In this document: in pieces, positions 17,796 through 26,742 of the stretch
How positions within the stretch are numbered: position 1 is the stretch's first letter
Layout of the letters: each line of letters starts with the position of its first letter
Assembly (NCBI GenBank): GCA_964428845.1
Contig: CAYRZH010000001.1
Coordinates: 74,990-138,989, forward strand
Origin: an uncultured Candidatus Saccharibacteria bacterium
GTDB taxonomy: Bacteria; Patescibacteriota; Minisyncoccia; Phycocordibacterales; DATGWK01
Length of the DNA stretch: 64,000 nucleotides
Direction: 5' to 3'
The notes under the pieces: model-generated
What the model was told of the DNA's origin: nothing
Seen by the model: only the letters and a program-made list of their open reading frames with translations
The model's database searches: none
Made by a program: the position numbers and the translations under genes

Positions 17796-18956
17796 ATGCT
17801 TGATCTAAAAGTTATAAATTCAGTGCTAAATCAGCTCGAAGAAGAGCGCGGTATTCCACGTGCCAAAGTTATTGAGGCCATTGAAATGGCTCTTGCCACT
17901 GCCTACAAGAAAGAGTATGGCCAGAAGAGTCAGATCATAAGAGCGAAGTTTGACATCAACACCGGTACCGCCGAATTTTTCCAAATAAAAGTCGTTGTCG
18001 ATGATTCCACAGTTGTCTTTGATCCAAATGACGAGGATGAGGAAAAAACTTTCAAAAATGAAGCTGGAGAAGAAATAGAAAAAGATATTTTCAACCCAGA
18101 ACGCCACACTCTACTCGCTGACGCAAAAAAAATCAAAAAGGACGCTATTTTGGGCGAAGAAATTGTCTTCCCTCTTGAGGCAAAGGATGACTACGGCCGT
18201 ATTGCTTCACAGACAGCAAAGCAAGTCATTATTCAGAAGATAAGGGAAGCAGAAAAAACGGCAGTGTTGAAAGAGTATGGTGCCCAAGAAGGCAATATTA
18301 TAAGTGGAACTGTCCAGCGACTAGAACGTGGAAACATATTCATAGACGTTGGCCGCGCAACAGGCATGATTTCTTACGAAGATCAGATTCCTGGAGAGCG
18401 CTACAGCCAAGGTGAGAGGATCCGCGCATATCTTTATCGTGTAGAGGAGAGCCCGCGTGGCATCTTCTTGCGCCTTTCTCGTTCTCACCCACAGTTTTTG
18501 GCAAAACTCTTCGAAGCAGAAGTTCCAGAGATAGGCACCGGCGTCGTTTCTGTCAAAGCTATAGCCAGAGAAGCAGGGTCTAGGAGCAAAATAGCCGTTT
18601 CTTCGAGCGACAGCCATATAGACCCTGTCGGCAGTATGGTTGGTCAGAGAGGCGTGCGAGTCACTACCGTCATGAGTGAGCTCGGTGGAGAAAAAATTGA
18701 TATAATCGAGTGGTCATTAGACAAAAAGAAGTTTGTCGAGGACGCACTGTCTCCTGCAAAAACACTATCAGTTGAAATAGACGAGGGGGCCAACAAGGCA
18801 GTAGTAAAAGTTTCAGAAGACCAGCAATCCCTGGCTATAGGTAAAGGGGGTCAGAACGTCCGTCTGGCAGCAAAACTTACCGGAACAAAAATCGACATCC
18901 AATCGTCTGCAGGTGAGGAAATTATCAAATCAGACGTCGAAATTACAAAAAACTAA
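17796..18956 (+). CDS. nusA: Transcription termination/antitermination factor NusA
   Basis: 386 aa with an N-terminal domain, S1 and two KH domains (…IGKGGQNVRLAAKLTG…). Confidence 0.9.
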   Translation: MLDLKVINSVLNQLEEERGIPRAKVIEAIEMALATAYKKEYGQKSQIIRAKFDINTGTAEFFQIKVVVDDSTVVFDPNDEDEEKTFKNEAGEEIEKDIFNPERHTLLADAKKIKKDAILGEEIVFPLEAKDDYGRIASQTAKQVIIQKIREAEKTAVLKEYGAQEGNIISGTVQRLERGNIFIDVGRATGMISYEDQIPGERYSQGERIRAYLYRVEESPRGIFLRLSRSHPQFLAKLFEAEVPEIGTGVVSVKAIAREAGSRSKIAVSSSDSHIDPVGSMVGQRGVRVTTVMSELGGEKIDIIEWSLDKKKFVEDALSPAKTLSVEIDEGANKAVVKVSEDQQSLAIGKGGQNVRLAAKLTGTKIDIQSSAGEEIIKSDVEITKN

Positions 18957-18964
18957 TAAAATAT

Positions 18965-19498
18965 ATGAATCTTTGGCACGATGTTACTCCAGGTGAGAAC
19001 GAAAAAATAAACGTTATCATCGAAATAGGAAAGGGTTCGAAAAATAAATACGAAGTAGACAAAAAAACCGGCATGATCGCCCTCGATCGCGTGGCTTATA
19101 CTGCGCAAGATTTTCCTTTTGATTATGGTTTCGTCCCCCAGACTCTCTGGGAAGACAATGACCCGGTGGATGCAATCGTCCTCACCACCCATCCCCTTAT
19201 ACCAGGTATCTTGGTCAGAGTAAGACCAGTAGCGCTCATGGAAATGATTGATAGCGGTGATTCTGATTCAAAAATAATTGCCGTCCCTATAGATGACCCG
19301 CGCTGGGAAGATACTAAGGACTTGGCCGATATCAACCCACACACAATAAAAGAAATCGAGCATTTTTATTCGACATACAAAAAGTTGCAAAATAAGGTTG
19401 TCGAAGTGAAAGGCTTCCACGGCAAAAATGCTGCGATCGAAGCCTTCAAAAAGGGCATCAAATTGTACTCGGAAAAATTCCCCAAAACCTCAAAATAA
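18965..19498 (+). CDS. ppa: Inorganic pyrophosphatase
   Basis: DYGFVPQTLWEDNDPVDAIVL is a family I PPase signature. Confidence 0.9.
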   Translation: MNLWHDVTPGENEKINVIIEIGKGSKNKYEVDKKTGMIALDRVAYTAQDFPFDYGFVPQTLWEDNDPVDAIVLTTHPLIPGILVRVRPVALMEMIDSGDSDSKIIAVPIDDPRWEDTKDLADINPHTIKEIEHFYSTYKKLQNKVVEVKGFHGKNAAIEAFKKGIKLYSEKFPKTSK

Positions 19499-19520
19499 GC
19501 CCCAAAGGGGGCTGTTTTGT
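19499..19520 (+). terminator. Intrinsic terminator after ppa
   Basis: gcccc-aaag-ggggc followed by tgttttgtttc. Confidence 0.6.
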
Positions 19521-19641
19521 TTCTGTATCTTTAGACCTTAATGTAATACAATTACTGATGATTCGTCTTGGGGTGTGTGAAGGATCGGTGCTTTAAATTT
19601 ACATTATAAGTTTTAACAATTTATTAGAATAAAAAAACATC

Positions 19642-20859
19642 ATGAAAAAATACATCATTTCTTCTGTATTTGTTTTGGGCCTAATATTGGCCGGTTCGGG
19701 AGTAGCTTCGGCGCAAAATGTCCTGCCGATGCCATTCCCAACACAAGGAGTTTATGGGGGTGTTGGACAAGGAACATCAGTTTCTGGGGGTGTTGGACAA
19801 GGAACATCAGTTTCTGGCCCTGGTTCTTATTCGTCCACGCAGGCCGTAGAAACTAATCAACCAAACAGGGTCATTGCCGAAACAATAGAAATCGGCGCCG
19901 AAGGAGATGTGGGAATAGAGACTGTCGGCGCAGGGAAATTTAAATCAAAAACAAGCCTGGAAACCGCTCTTAAAATGCAGCTTGAAAGATGCATGAGACT
20001 TCCTACCGACCGAGAGAAAAGTGAATGCAAAATTCGTGCGACAAAAAACTTCGAGATCAGGGGAATAATCAAAGCGGTTAGAGATATTAAGGTCAAAATT
20101 GGCGAAAAAGATGATAAGAATGTAGGTGTTCGTTCAGATGATGATGACAGCGACGATGACGACAGAGATAGTAAGACAAAAAGAGACGATGACGTCTCAA
20201 GAAAAAATATCTCCCAAGACAGAGAAAAAGCAGAAAAACGCCTTGACGATTTGGTAAAGCAGAAGTTGGACCATTTTAGACGACTTCTAGACCGCTTCAA
20301 TGCATACCACATTCGACTCTCGAAGATCGGTGATCTTATCGAAACAAGAATAGAGAAATTTGATTCTGATTCAAATGACGCCAACAATTCAGAAGCTAGG
20401 AGGCATTTGGGTCTTGCCAGGACTCACCTTAAAGACGCTCGTGCTTCTATAGATGTAGCTAGAAAACTATGGCAAGAAGTAACAAACACGAGTGTGACTG
20501 ATCCTGCGACGATAGTAAGCGTAAATAGCGACACAGCCATAATCGTAAATGACTTTGATTCATGTGTGAAAGCCGGCAGCCCAGCCATGGAATCAAATCC
20601 GCCAAAGTGCCAATTCAATGGCAAAGTTTACACCGCGAATGAAACTACTATAAAGGTAGGTGTGGAGAAAAAATCTATTAAAGATATCTATGCTCCTGTG
20701 ATAGAAGCTCTCGAGAAAGCAAAGAAATCTCTCGGTGCAGCCAAGAGCGAGCTTCTCGAGGCTTTGAGAAGTATGCGCCAAGGTCCTAATAATGCCGCGG
20801 CCGAAGTAAACTCTACAACCAATGCTGAAGTGAAGGTTGTAGAACCTGCAACAAATTAA
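19642..20859 (+). CDS. Secreted acidic protein (hypothetical) with a short tandem repeat
   Basis: Signal peptide, a 30-nt tandem duplication (GGVGQGTSVS x2 at about 19757-19816) and a D-rich stretch DDDDSDDDDRDSKTKRDDD. Confidence 0.45.
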   Translation: MKKYIISSVFVLGLILAGSGVASAQNVLPMPFPTQGVYGGVGQGTSVSGGVGQGTSVSGPGSYSSTQAVETNQPNRVIAETIEIGAEGDVGIETVGAGKFKSKTSLETALKMQLERCMRLPTDREKSECKIRATKNFEIRGIIKAVRDIKVKIGEKDDKNVGVRSDDDDSDDDDRDSKTKRDDDVSRKNISQDREKAEKRLDDLVKQKLDHFRRLLDRFNAYHIRLSKIGDLIETRIEKFDSDSNDANNSEARRHLGLARTHLKDARASIDVARKLWQEVTNTSVTDPATIVSVNSDTAIIVNDFDSCVKAGSPAMESNPPKCQFNGKVYTANETTIKVGVEKKSIKDIYAPVIEALEKAKKSLGAAKSELLEALRSMRQGPNNAAAEVNSTTNAEVKVVEPATN

Positions 20860-20912
20860 AAGTGGATAAGGGTGTCCATTAAAAATAACAGACGAGTTAT
20901 AATAGCCATAAT

Positions 20913-21185
20913 ATGGAAGATCTAAAAACAAATAACAATATTAGTGCGGGGGGTAGTCGATCCGTCGGTCCAATTATAGGTCTCGTCATCATCATTGCGG
21001 TGATTTTCCTCGGTGGAATATATTTCTGGACAACGCGAGAAAAAACTTCCGAGTACAGCCAGAAATCTGCTCCAGAAAACGCTGACGAAACTGCAGCGAT
21101 CATAAACAGCGTTCCCACAAGCAGTGAAGATTCGTCAAGTATAGAAGCGGCACTTGAGGCAACGGTTATTGAAGACGATATATAA
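20913..21185 (+). CDS. Small membrane protein (hypothetical)
   Basis: 90 aa with one hydrophobic helix, followed by a terminator. Confidence 0.35.
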   Translation: MEDLKTNNNISAGGSRSVGPIIGLVIIIAVIFLGGIYFWTTREKTSEYSQKSAPENADETAAIINSVPTSSEDSSSIEAALEATVIEDDI

Positions 21186-21212
21186 AAACCACGGCCTTCT
21201 CTGTGCTATTTC

Positions 21213-21245
21213 AAAACCCGGCTCTCTGGCCGGGTTTTGATTTTT
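21213..21245 (+). terminator. Intrinsic terminator
   Basis: aaacccggc-tctctg-gccgggttttgattttt. Confidence 0.65.
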
Positions 21246-21341
21246 AATCTTTAAACTCTACGAACCTCCAACTCCAATCAAGATATGAGTTCTGTCGGAA
21301 AATAGTCTGAAACTTGCACGAGTTCTCACTCATATGTAAAC

Positions 21342-22310
21342 TTGCAAATACGCATGAAAAAGAAATTTCAAAATGTTTCAATAAAAAAACTTCCGAATTC
21401 GGAGGTTGAGATAGAAGCAGAAATCATTGCCGAAGAACTAGATTCGGCTAGAACCATCGCACTCAAGCAGATAAAAGAGACTGTGGAGATACCTGGCTTC
21501 AGAGTCGGACATGCGCCAGAAAATATAGTCGCAAGCCAGGTTGGTGAAATGAAAATACTGGAGAAAGCGGTAGGAATCCTACTCGATACCATATACGGAG
21601 AAATCGTGATGGAAAACAACATTCGTGCTATTGGTATGCCTAAAATCACTATTACAAAGCTTGCCCGAGGAAATCCTGTGGGTTTTAAGGCTTTAACGGC
21701 TGTGCTTCCCGAAGTTGTATTGAAAAACTATTCAGATATTGCCAAAGAAGAGATGGCGAAAGAGAAAGAAAACATCTCCGTAGAAGATAGCGAAGTCGAG
21801 AAAGTTTTAGAGACCTTAAAAAAGGAAACCGGCCAGACAGAAGAAAAACTTGAAAAGGAAAAAATAAAAGAAGAAATTCTTGAACACAAAAAAGCAGAGG
21901 CCCTAGAGAAAAAGAAAATTGCGATCGCCAAGAAACTCATAGCCGAAGCAAAGATAGATATTCCAGAACTTCTAATAGAATCGGAACTTGATACCATGAT
22001 AAATCGTCTAAAAAGCGATATTGAGAGAGCCGGGCTCACTTACGAAGGATACTTATCGCAAATAAAAAAAGAGGACAAAGAAATCCGGAACGAATGGAGA
22101 GAGAATGCCAGAGAAAAAGCCGCCTTACAACTCATCTTAAATCACATCGCAAAGACAGAAAACATCAAACCAGATGAAGAAAAAATAAAGAAGGAGATGG
22201 AGCACATACTGACCCACCACAAAGATGCTGACAGATTCAGGGTTAGAATGTACGTCGAAAACCTCCTGTCAAATGAGGCTGTTTTTGATTTTCTCCTAGC
22301 CGCTAGTTAG
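21342..22310 (+). CDS. tig: Trigger factor-like chaperone (N-terminal ribosome-binding and C-terminal domains, apparently without the PPIase domain)
   Basis: EVEIEAEI…IPGFRVGHAP matches the trigger factor signature GFRKGKVP. C-terminal-domain-like helices are present. At 322 aa it is too short for an FKBP domain. Confidence 0.6.
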   Translation: MQIRMKKKFQNVSIKKLPNSEVEIEAEIIAEELDSARTIALKQIKETVEIPGFRVGHAPENIVASQVGEMKILEKAVGILLDTIYGEIVMENNIRAIGMPKITITKLARGNPVGFKALTAVLPEVVLKNYSDIAKEEMAKEKENISVEDSEVEKVLETLKKETGQTEEKLEKEKIKEEILEHKKAEALEKKKIAIAKKLIAEAKIDIPELLIESELDTMINRLKSDIERAGLTYEGYLSQIKKEDKEIRNEWRENAREKAALQLILNHIAKTENIKPDEEKIKKEMEHILTHHKDADRFRVRMYVENLLSNEAVFDFLLAAS

Positions 22311-22330
22311 ACAAAAAGCTATAATAAGGC

Positions 22331-22903
22331 ATGAGCGAAGATGATTATGACTCATCAAGTTTTGTGGCGGCAACTGATAAAAAACTAATTGAGACACCGC
22401 CTCCTCCACCCCACTATTATGGGGACAGTGTGAGAAAATTTTTTCTCATCGCCGCGATAGTAATGTTTGTCACTCTGCCCTTTCTAAATGAAAGGATTTC
22501 TTATCCTCTTTTCTTCTCGATTGTTGGAATACTTGTGCTTACATTTTTCGCCGGGATCACGAGCCCAAGACAAGGGTTCATCATCACGGCCGATATAGGG
22601 GTTTCTATTCTGGGATTTGCGGTATTTGCTTACGAGGCAGTTACAAAATTTCAAAAAATATTTGATCTTTTGTTTGTGACAAACATCGCTCTGGCCTGCA
22701 TTTTCATCTTCACACTCTACTTCAGCCTCAAGACCCTACGGGGTTTCAACCAAATGGGTGTTCGCGAAAAAGCTATCGCGACGGGGAACCCCCCACTACC
22801 CAAGAGGATATGGAGTAAATTTAGAAAAGCGGAGCCAAAATCAGAGCATTTCACAGAGGAAGAGATGAGGAAAAAAAGGTTCTTGGATAAAAGCACTAGC
22901 TAA
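22331..22903 (+). CDS. Membrane protein (hypothetical)
   Basis: 190 aa with several hydrophobic helices. Confidence 0.4.
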   Translation: MSEDDYDSSSFVAATDKKLIETPPPPPHYYGDSVRKFFLIAAIVMFVTLPFLNERISYPLFFSIVGILVLTFFAGITSPRQGFIITADIGVSILGFAVFAYEAVTKFQKIFDLLFVTNIALACIFIFTLYFSLKTLRGFNQMGVREKAIATGNPPLPKRIWSKFRKAEPKSEHFTEEEMRKKRFLDKSTS

Positions 22904-22961
22904 GAGGGGCAGATGCCGGGCGCGCGTTGGCAATAGGCCTTATATATACCTACATATATAC

Positions 22962-23678
22962 CTACAAAAGCAAAATACTTGTTGCGGCCAGGCTTGCAGT
23001 CTCTGCCCGAAGCACCAATGGGCCGAGACTGTATGTATCGATATTATGCTTTTTGAAAACATCGAGCTCATGACTACTCCATCCCCCTTCTGGGCCGACG
23101 AAGAGGGCAATCCTTTTGTCACTTTTAAAAAGATGCTTATCAAATTTTTGTGAACCAGATGGATCAAGAACTATGACGGTGCAATTTTCTACCCCAGGGC
23201 TTTTTATAAATTCGAGGGCATCTTCTAGCTCTAGGGCTCCGTGAAGTTTTGGAAGTTTTGCTCTGTGAGACTGTTCAGTCGCCTCTTTTATTATTTTAAG
23301 TGCCCTCTCCGTATTCAAATTTTTCTTCTCACTTCTTTCGGCAAGTACCGGAATAAAATGTGATACTCCAATTTCGGTCCCTTTTTCGAGAACCCATTCA
23401 AATTTATCTTTTTTTATCAATGCGGCAAAGAGGAATATTTCTCTTGATGGAGCGCTAGGAGAAAGTTTTGACTCGATAATGATCAGGCTACAGGAAATCC
23501 CAGACAAAGACGATATCTGTGCTTCAAATTCGTAGCCGGAGTTGTCGAGAAGGATCAATCTATGGCCAACCTGAAATCTAAAAACATTCTTCCATTGGTG
23601 TAGGAGATCACGATTTTTTATAACAATCGAGTTTCCTCCCACCAAAGGTTCGTCGATAAAAAATCTATGTAAGCGCAT
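22962..23678 (-). CDS. rsmE: 16S rRNA (uracil1498-N3)-methyltransferase RsmE. Start reassigned to MRLHRFFIDE
   Basis: RFF…G..I.L……H…V.R…G……DG.G… pattern and size are right for RsmE. ATG at complement of 23676-23678. Confidence 0.7.
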   Translation of the reverse strand: MRLHRFFIDEPLVGGNSIVIKNRDLLHQWKNVFRFQVGHRLILLDNSGYEFEAQISSLSGISCSLIIIESKLSPSAPSREIFLFAALIKKDKFEWVLEKGTEIGVSHFIPVLAERSEKKNLNTERALKIIKEATEQSHRAKLPKLHGALELEDALEFIKSPGVENCTVIVLDPSGSQKFDKHLFKSDKRIALFVGPEGGWSSHELDVFKKHNIDTYSLGPLVLRAETASLAATSILLL

Positions 23679-23798
23679 GGGAACAGTATGCAAAACGACC
23701 GGCACACTTGCAAGGAGCCATTTTTTCTGGTTTTTTGCGTCATAGTATTTTTCTGGTATACTGCCGCTATCACTTTTATTCATTAAACGAAAAACATC

Positions 23799-24368
23799 AT
23801 GCTTATCCCAATGGTTATTGAGAAAAGTCAGTTCGGCGAGCGAGCTTTTGATATTTATTCTCGTCTCCTCAAAGACAACATCATTTTCCTAGGTGGGCCG
23901 ATTGATGACAATTTGGCGAACATAGTCATTGCTCAACTTCTTTTCCTCCAGTCAGAAGACCCGAAAAAAGATATTAGCATTTATATAAATTCTCCAGGTG
24001 GTTCTGTTACTTCGACACTCGCCATCGTCGATACAATGAATTTCGTTAAAAATGACATTTCGACTGTTTGCGTCGGGATCGCAGCTTCTGGTGGAGCCAT
24101 CGTTCTTTCCGCTGGCAAAAAAGGCAAACGCCTTGCCCTTCCAAACTCCGAGATTATGATCCACCAGCCTTACGGTGGTGCTGAAGGCCGAGCTTCGGAT
24201 ATCGAGATCACAGCGAAGCAAATCCTCAAAACACGCGAGAGACTCAACAAAATGCTCGCCGAAAACACTGGTAAGCCACTGGCCCAAGTTGAGAAAGATG
24301 TTGACCGAGACTATTTTATGACAGCAGAAGAGGCCAAGAAGTACGGAGTGATTGATAAGATAATTTAG
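23799..24368 (+). CDS. clpP: ATP-dependent Clp protease proteolytic subunit
   Basis: …[37 protein letters not shown]… and GIAASGGA (catalytic Ser) match ClpP. Confidence 0.9.
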   Translation: MLIPMVIEKSQFGERAFDIYSRLLKDNIIFLGGPIDDNLANIVIAQLLFLQSEDPKKDISIYINSPGGSVTSTLAIVDTMNFVKNDISTVCVGIAASGGAIVLSAGKKGKRLALPNSEIMIHQPYGGAEGRASDIEITAKQILKTRERLNKMLAENTGKPLAQVEKDVDRDYFMTAEEAKKYGVIDKII

Positions 24369-24379
24369 AGGGCTTCAAA

Positions 24380-24915
24380 TAGGTCCCTCGTCGGGCACAG
24401 AAGACAAGGGTTTTCGAATATATACTTCACCGAGCACGCATAAAACGCTGCTGCGTTTTTGCTCTGCTCGCGCCAGTCGCGCTGCGCAAGGCTCGTCTCA
24501 GTATATATTCGAAAACCTATAGGACTATTCGCCAACCTCACCTCGGGGCGCTATTTGAAGACCTCTAACAAAAATCCCCTTTCGCCTCTTGGCAAATAGC
24601 AGCGGTATGATATCCTGCTCGCCAGTCCCAAGGAGATGTTCATGCGCTCTGTCCCCTGACTCGGTGCAAGTGACAATCCAACATCTCCCAGTCCTGCCCC
24701 CGATGGCCCAAAAGGCTCAAGAAGGCGGGGTGGCCATCAATCCGTAAAGGATCAGAGGCTACGGAAAACGGGCGACTTCCTAGAGAGCTGGCCCAGCTTG
24801 TCGAACCTTCCTCTTGGCTCCATCTGCCAACGAAAGTTTGGGCAGGTCGCCTGGAACGCTAGGCGGTCTTTGGGAAGCCAGCCGGGGGCGCGCAAGTGCT
24901 CCCGGTTTTTTCTTT
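24380..24915 (+). ncRNA. Candidate structured ncRNA of unidentified class. A GC-rich, ORF-free 540 bp ending in an intrinsic terminator
   Basis: No ORF of 60 aa or more in any frame. GC content is far above the window average. Internal structure includes a 17-bp perfect inverted repeat ggttttcgaatatatac (24407-24423 / 24500-24516) and the hairpin gatggcc…ggccatc. It ends in ccggggg-cgcgcaagtg-ctcccgg followed by tttttt (24883-24915). I could not match RNase P RNA (no GGAAAGUCCGG / ACAGAA.CCGGCUUA), tmRNA (no tRNA-like 3' end) or SRP RNA motifs. Confidence 0.3.
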
Positions 24916-25014
24916 GTAAAAATTTAAACTTTTAGTTTGACTTTTTCTACCAATCGTATATACTCTTCTCATAAATGGCTTCGGCCTCGCTTTCCACATC
25001 GGAGAGCAAACTAT

Positions 25015-25434
25015 TTAAAAACCGAGTAGCACTCTAGAAAGTGCCTTTTTTAATTCTTCGAATGTAGGTTTGTTTAGTGTCGAGGACTTTCTTACCAATC
25101 TTTTACTATCAATTAAGCGTATTTGTGAAAGTACGGCACTAGCTTCTCTACCCTCAATCTCTCCAAGTGGAAAATAATACTTTCCCTTTTTCTTTTTTCC
25201 GGTTAATGCAATCGCCAATAAAATATTTTTATTAAAACCTTTTATTACAATTACTGGTCTATCGAAGTTTTGACCAGTCCCATCCTGCTCTGATCCGACA
25301 TTGACCCCCAAAGAACACCACCACACTTCACGTTCGTGGTAAAAAGGTGAGGAAGACAACTCGTGTAGACCTTTCTTTTTGTTATTCCATCTATCAAAAT
25401 CTTTTATCATCAAATCTTGATTATAAATTGCCAT
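25015..25434 (-). CDS. PemK/MazF-family toxin-like protein, paralog 2 (solitary)
   Basis: 139 aa, …YHEREVWWCSLGVNVGSEQDG…RPVIVIKGFN…LLAIALT…; close to 294..689 and with the same N-terminal extension (DFDRWNNKKK). Confidence 0.6.
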   Translation of the reverse strand: MAIYNQDLMIKDFDRWNNKKKGLHELSSSPFYHEREVWWCSLGVNVGSEQDGTGQNFDRPVIVIKGFNKNILLAIALTGKKKKGKYYFPLGEIEGREASAVLSQIRLIDSKRLVRKSSTLNKPTFEELKKALSRVLLGF

Positions 25435-25549
25435 GTATCAATTTTTGATAAATTATTTATGAACCCCCTTCTCCTTGCATTTCTTGACGAGGCATGTAAC
25501 ATAGTGTCTGGTTATCCGCACACAAAACCGACAGAAAGGATGGTGAACC

Positions 25550-26422
25550 TTGAAATCAAAGACCTTGCTCGGTCTTCTGGGAGTACTTGGGATTTGGCTA
25601 ACTGCAGGGTTCGCCCTGCCTTTCGTCAATATCTTGCGCCAGTTCACGGCAGAGCAACTTATGGTCTTTCGGGGATTTTTTACGGCCCTGATAGCATTCG
25701 CATTACTCCGAGGAATAGTGCGAAGGGTGGACAGATACACCTACATGATCGCTCTCCTGCTTCCATTCGCGACACTGTCACTCTTCCAAGGAATCCGCCA
25801 TTGGGGAGCGGGGCCAACGATCATCATTATCACCGCCACCCCGCTCATAAATGTGATCTTCAGTTTCTTTCTGGGAAAACGTGTTTCTGGGGCGGCCATC
25901 ATCGGGCTGGTCTTGGTGCTTGGTGGGGTTATCATCGCGAGGTATGGCGGGCACTTCGAGTGGAAAGGTTTTGTTTGGAGTGTCCTGGGAACCATACTGA
26001 ATGGCATTCTCTATGAACTCTTCGCTCGAGCCAAGGCATCATCCCTAGAGAAATGCTTCTACGCCTGTGTGAGTATGGGAATCGTAGGGCTAGTCCTAAG
26101 CGTCCAAACTCCTTGGGCAAATGCCTTAAAGCCAGAACTGCTACTGTCTCTTTTGGGATTCGCTTTCGTTGGAGGCTTCCTATATTGGATGGCCAACCTG
26201 CTCGCCTTCAAAAACCTACCGACAGTCGAAGTGAGTGTCTTGGGCCAGGGTGAAACCCCCACGGTGATCCTCGGAGCATACTTCTTGCTTGGGGAAAAAC
26301 TCACCCTCGTCCAATGGGCAGGAGTAGGAATGTCTCTCATTGGTGCATGCTACCTAGCAATGTGGTTGGTAAAAAAACCTCTGCCCAATAAAGAACTCTC
26401 AACTCCTCCAGAATTGCAATAG
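25550..26422 (+). CDS. DMT-superfamily (EamA-like) transporter
   Basis: 290 aa with about 10 transmembrane segments in two EamA-like halves. Confidence 0.65.
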   Translation: MKSKTLLGLLGVLGIWLTAGFALPFVNILRQFTAEQLMVFRGFFTALIAFALLRGIVRRVDRYTYMIALLLPFATLSLFQGIRHWGAGPTIIIITATPLINVIFSFFLGKRVSGAAIIGLVLVLGGVIIARYGGHFEWKGFVWSVLGTILNGILYELFARAKASSLEKCFYACVSMGIVGLVLSVQTPWANALKPELLLSLLGFAFVGGFLYWMANLLAFKNLPTVEVSVLGQGETPTVILGAYFLLGEKLTLVQWAGVGMSLIGACYLAMWLVKKPLPNKELSTPPELQ

Positions 26423-26456
26423 AGCCACACCGACACATCATCGGCGTGGCTTTTTT
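26423..26456 (+). terminator. Intrinsic terminator
   Basis: gccacaccgac-acatcat-cggcgtggc followed by ttttttatt. Confidence 0.6.
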
Positions 26457-26742
26457 ATTACTAACCCATCGAAAAAGTTCAGTAGGTTATGAATGGATAC
26501 CTTCAACTTTACAAAAATTCTCCGATCCGGTAGTATGAAACTGTTATCATTTGTAATTTTGTGATTTCGTCTTTCGGTTTTTATGTTGATTCTGACTCGC
26601 CGATCGGCTACCGCAGTAGAAATTCCCTCTCCCCCACCAAACCCATGATACTTAAAACAATAAACTCAAAAGTTTCCTCTAAGAACATAGAGAATTTCAT
26701 GCGTTTCGCATAAAAGCCTGAAGGCGGGGTTACACACAACAT

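Noticed and set aside
24380-24915. Calling the GC-rich island RNase P RNA or tmRNA
   Set aside because: I searched by eye for GGAAAGUCCGG / ACAGAA.CCGGCUUA (RNase P P4) and for a tmRNA GGGG…UUCGA…CCACCA tRNA-like domain or an ANDENYALAA-type tag frame. None was present. It is left unclassified.
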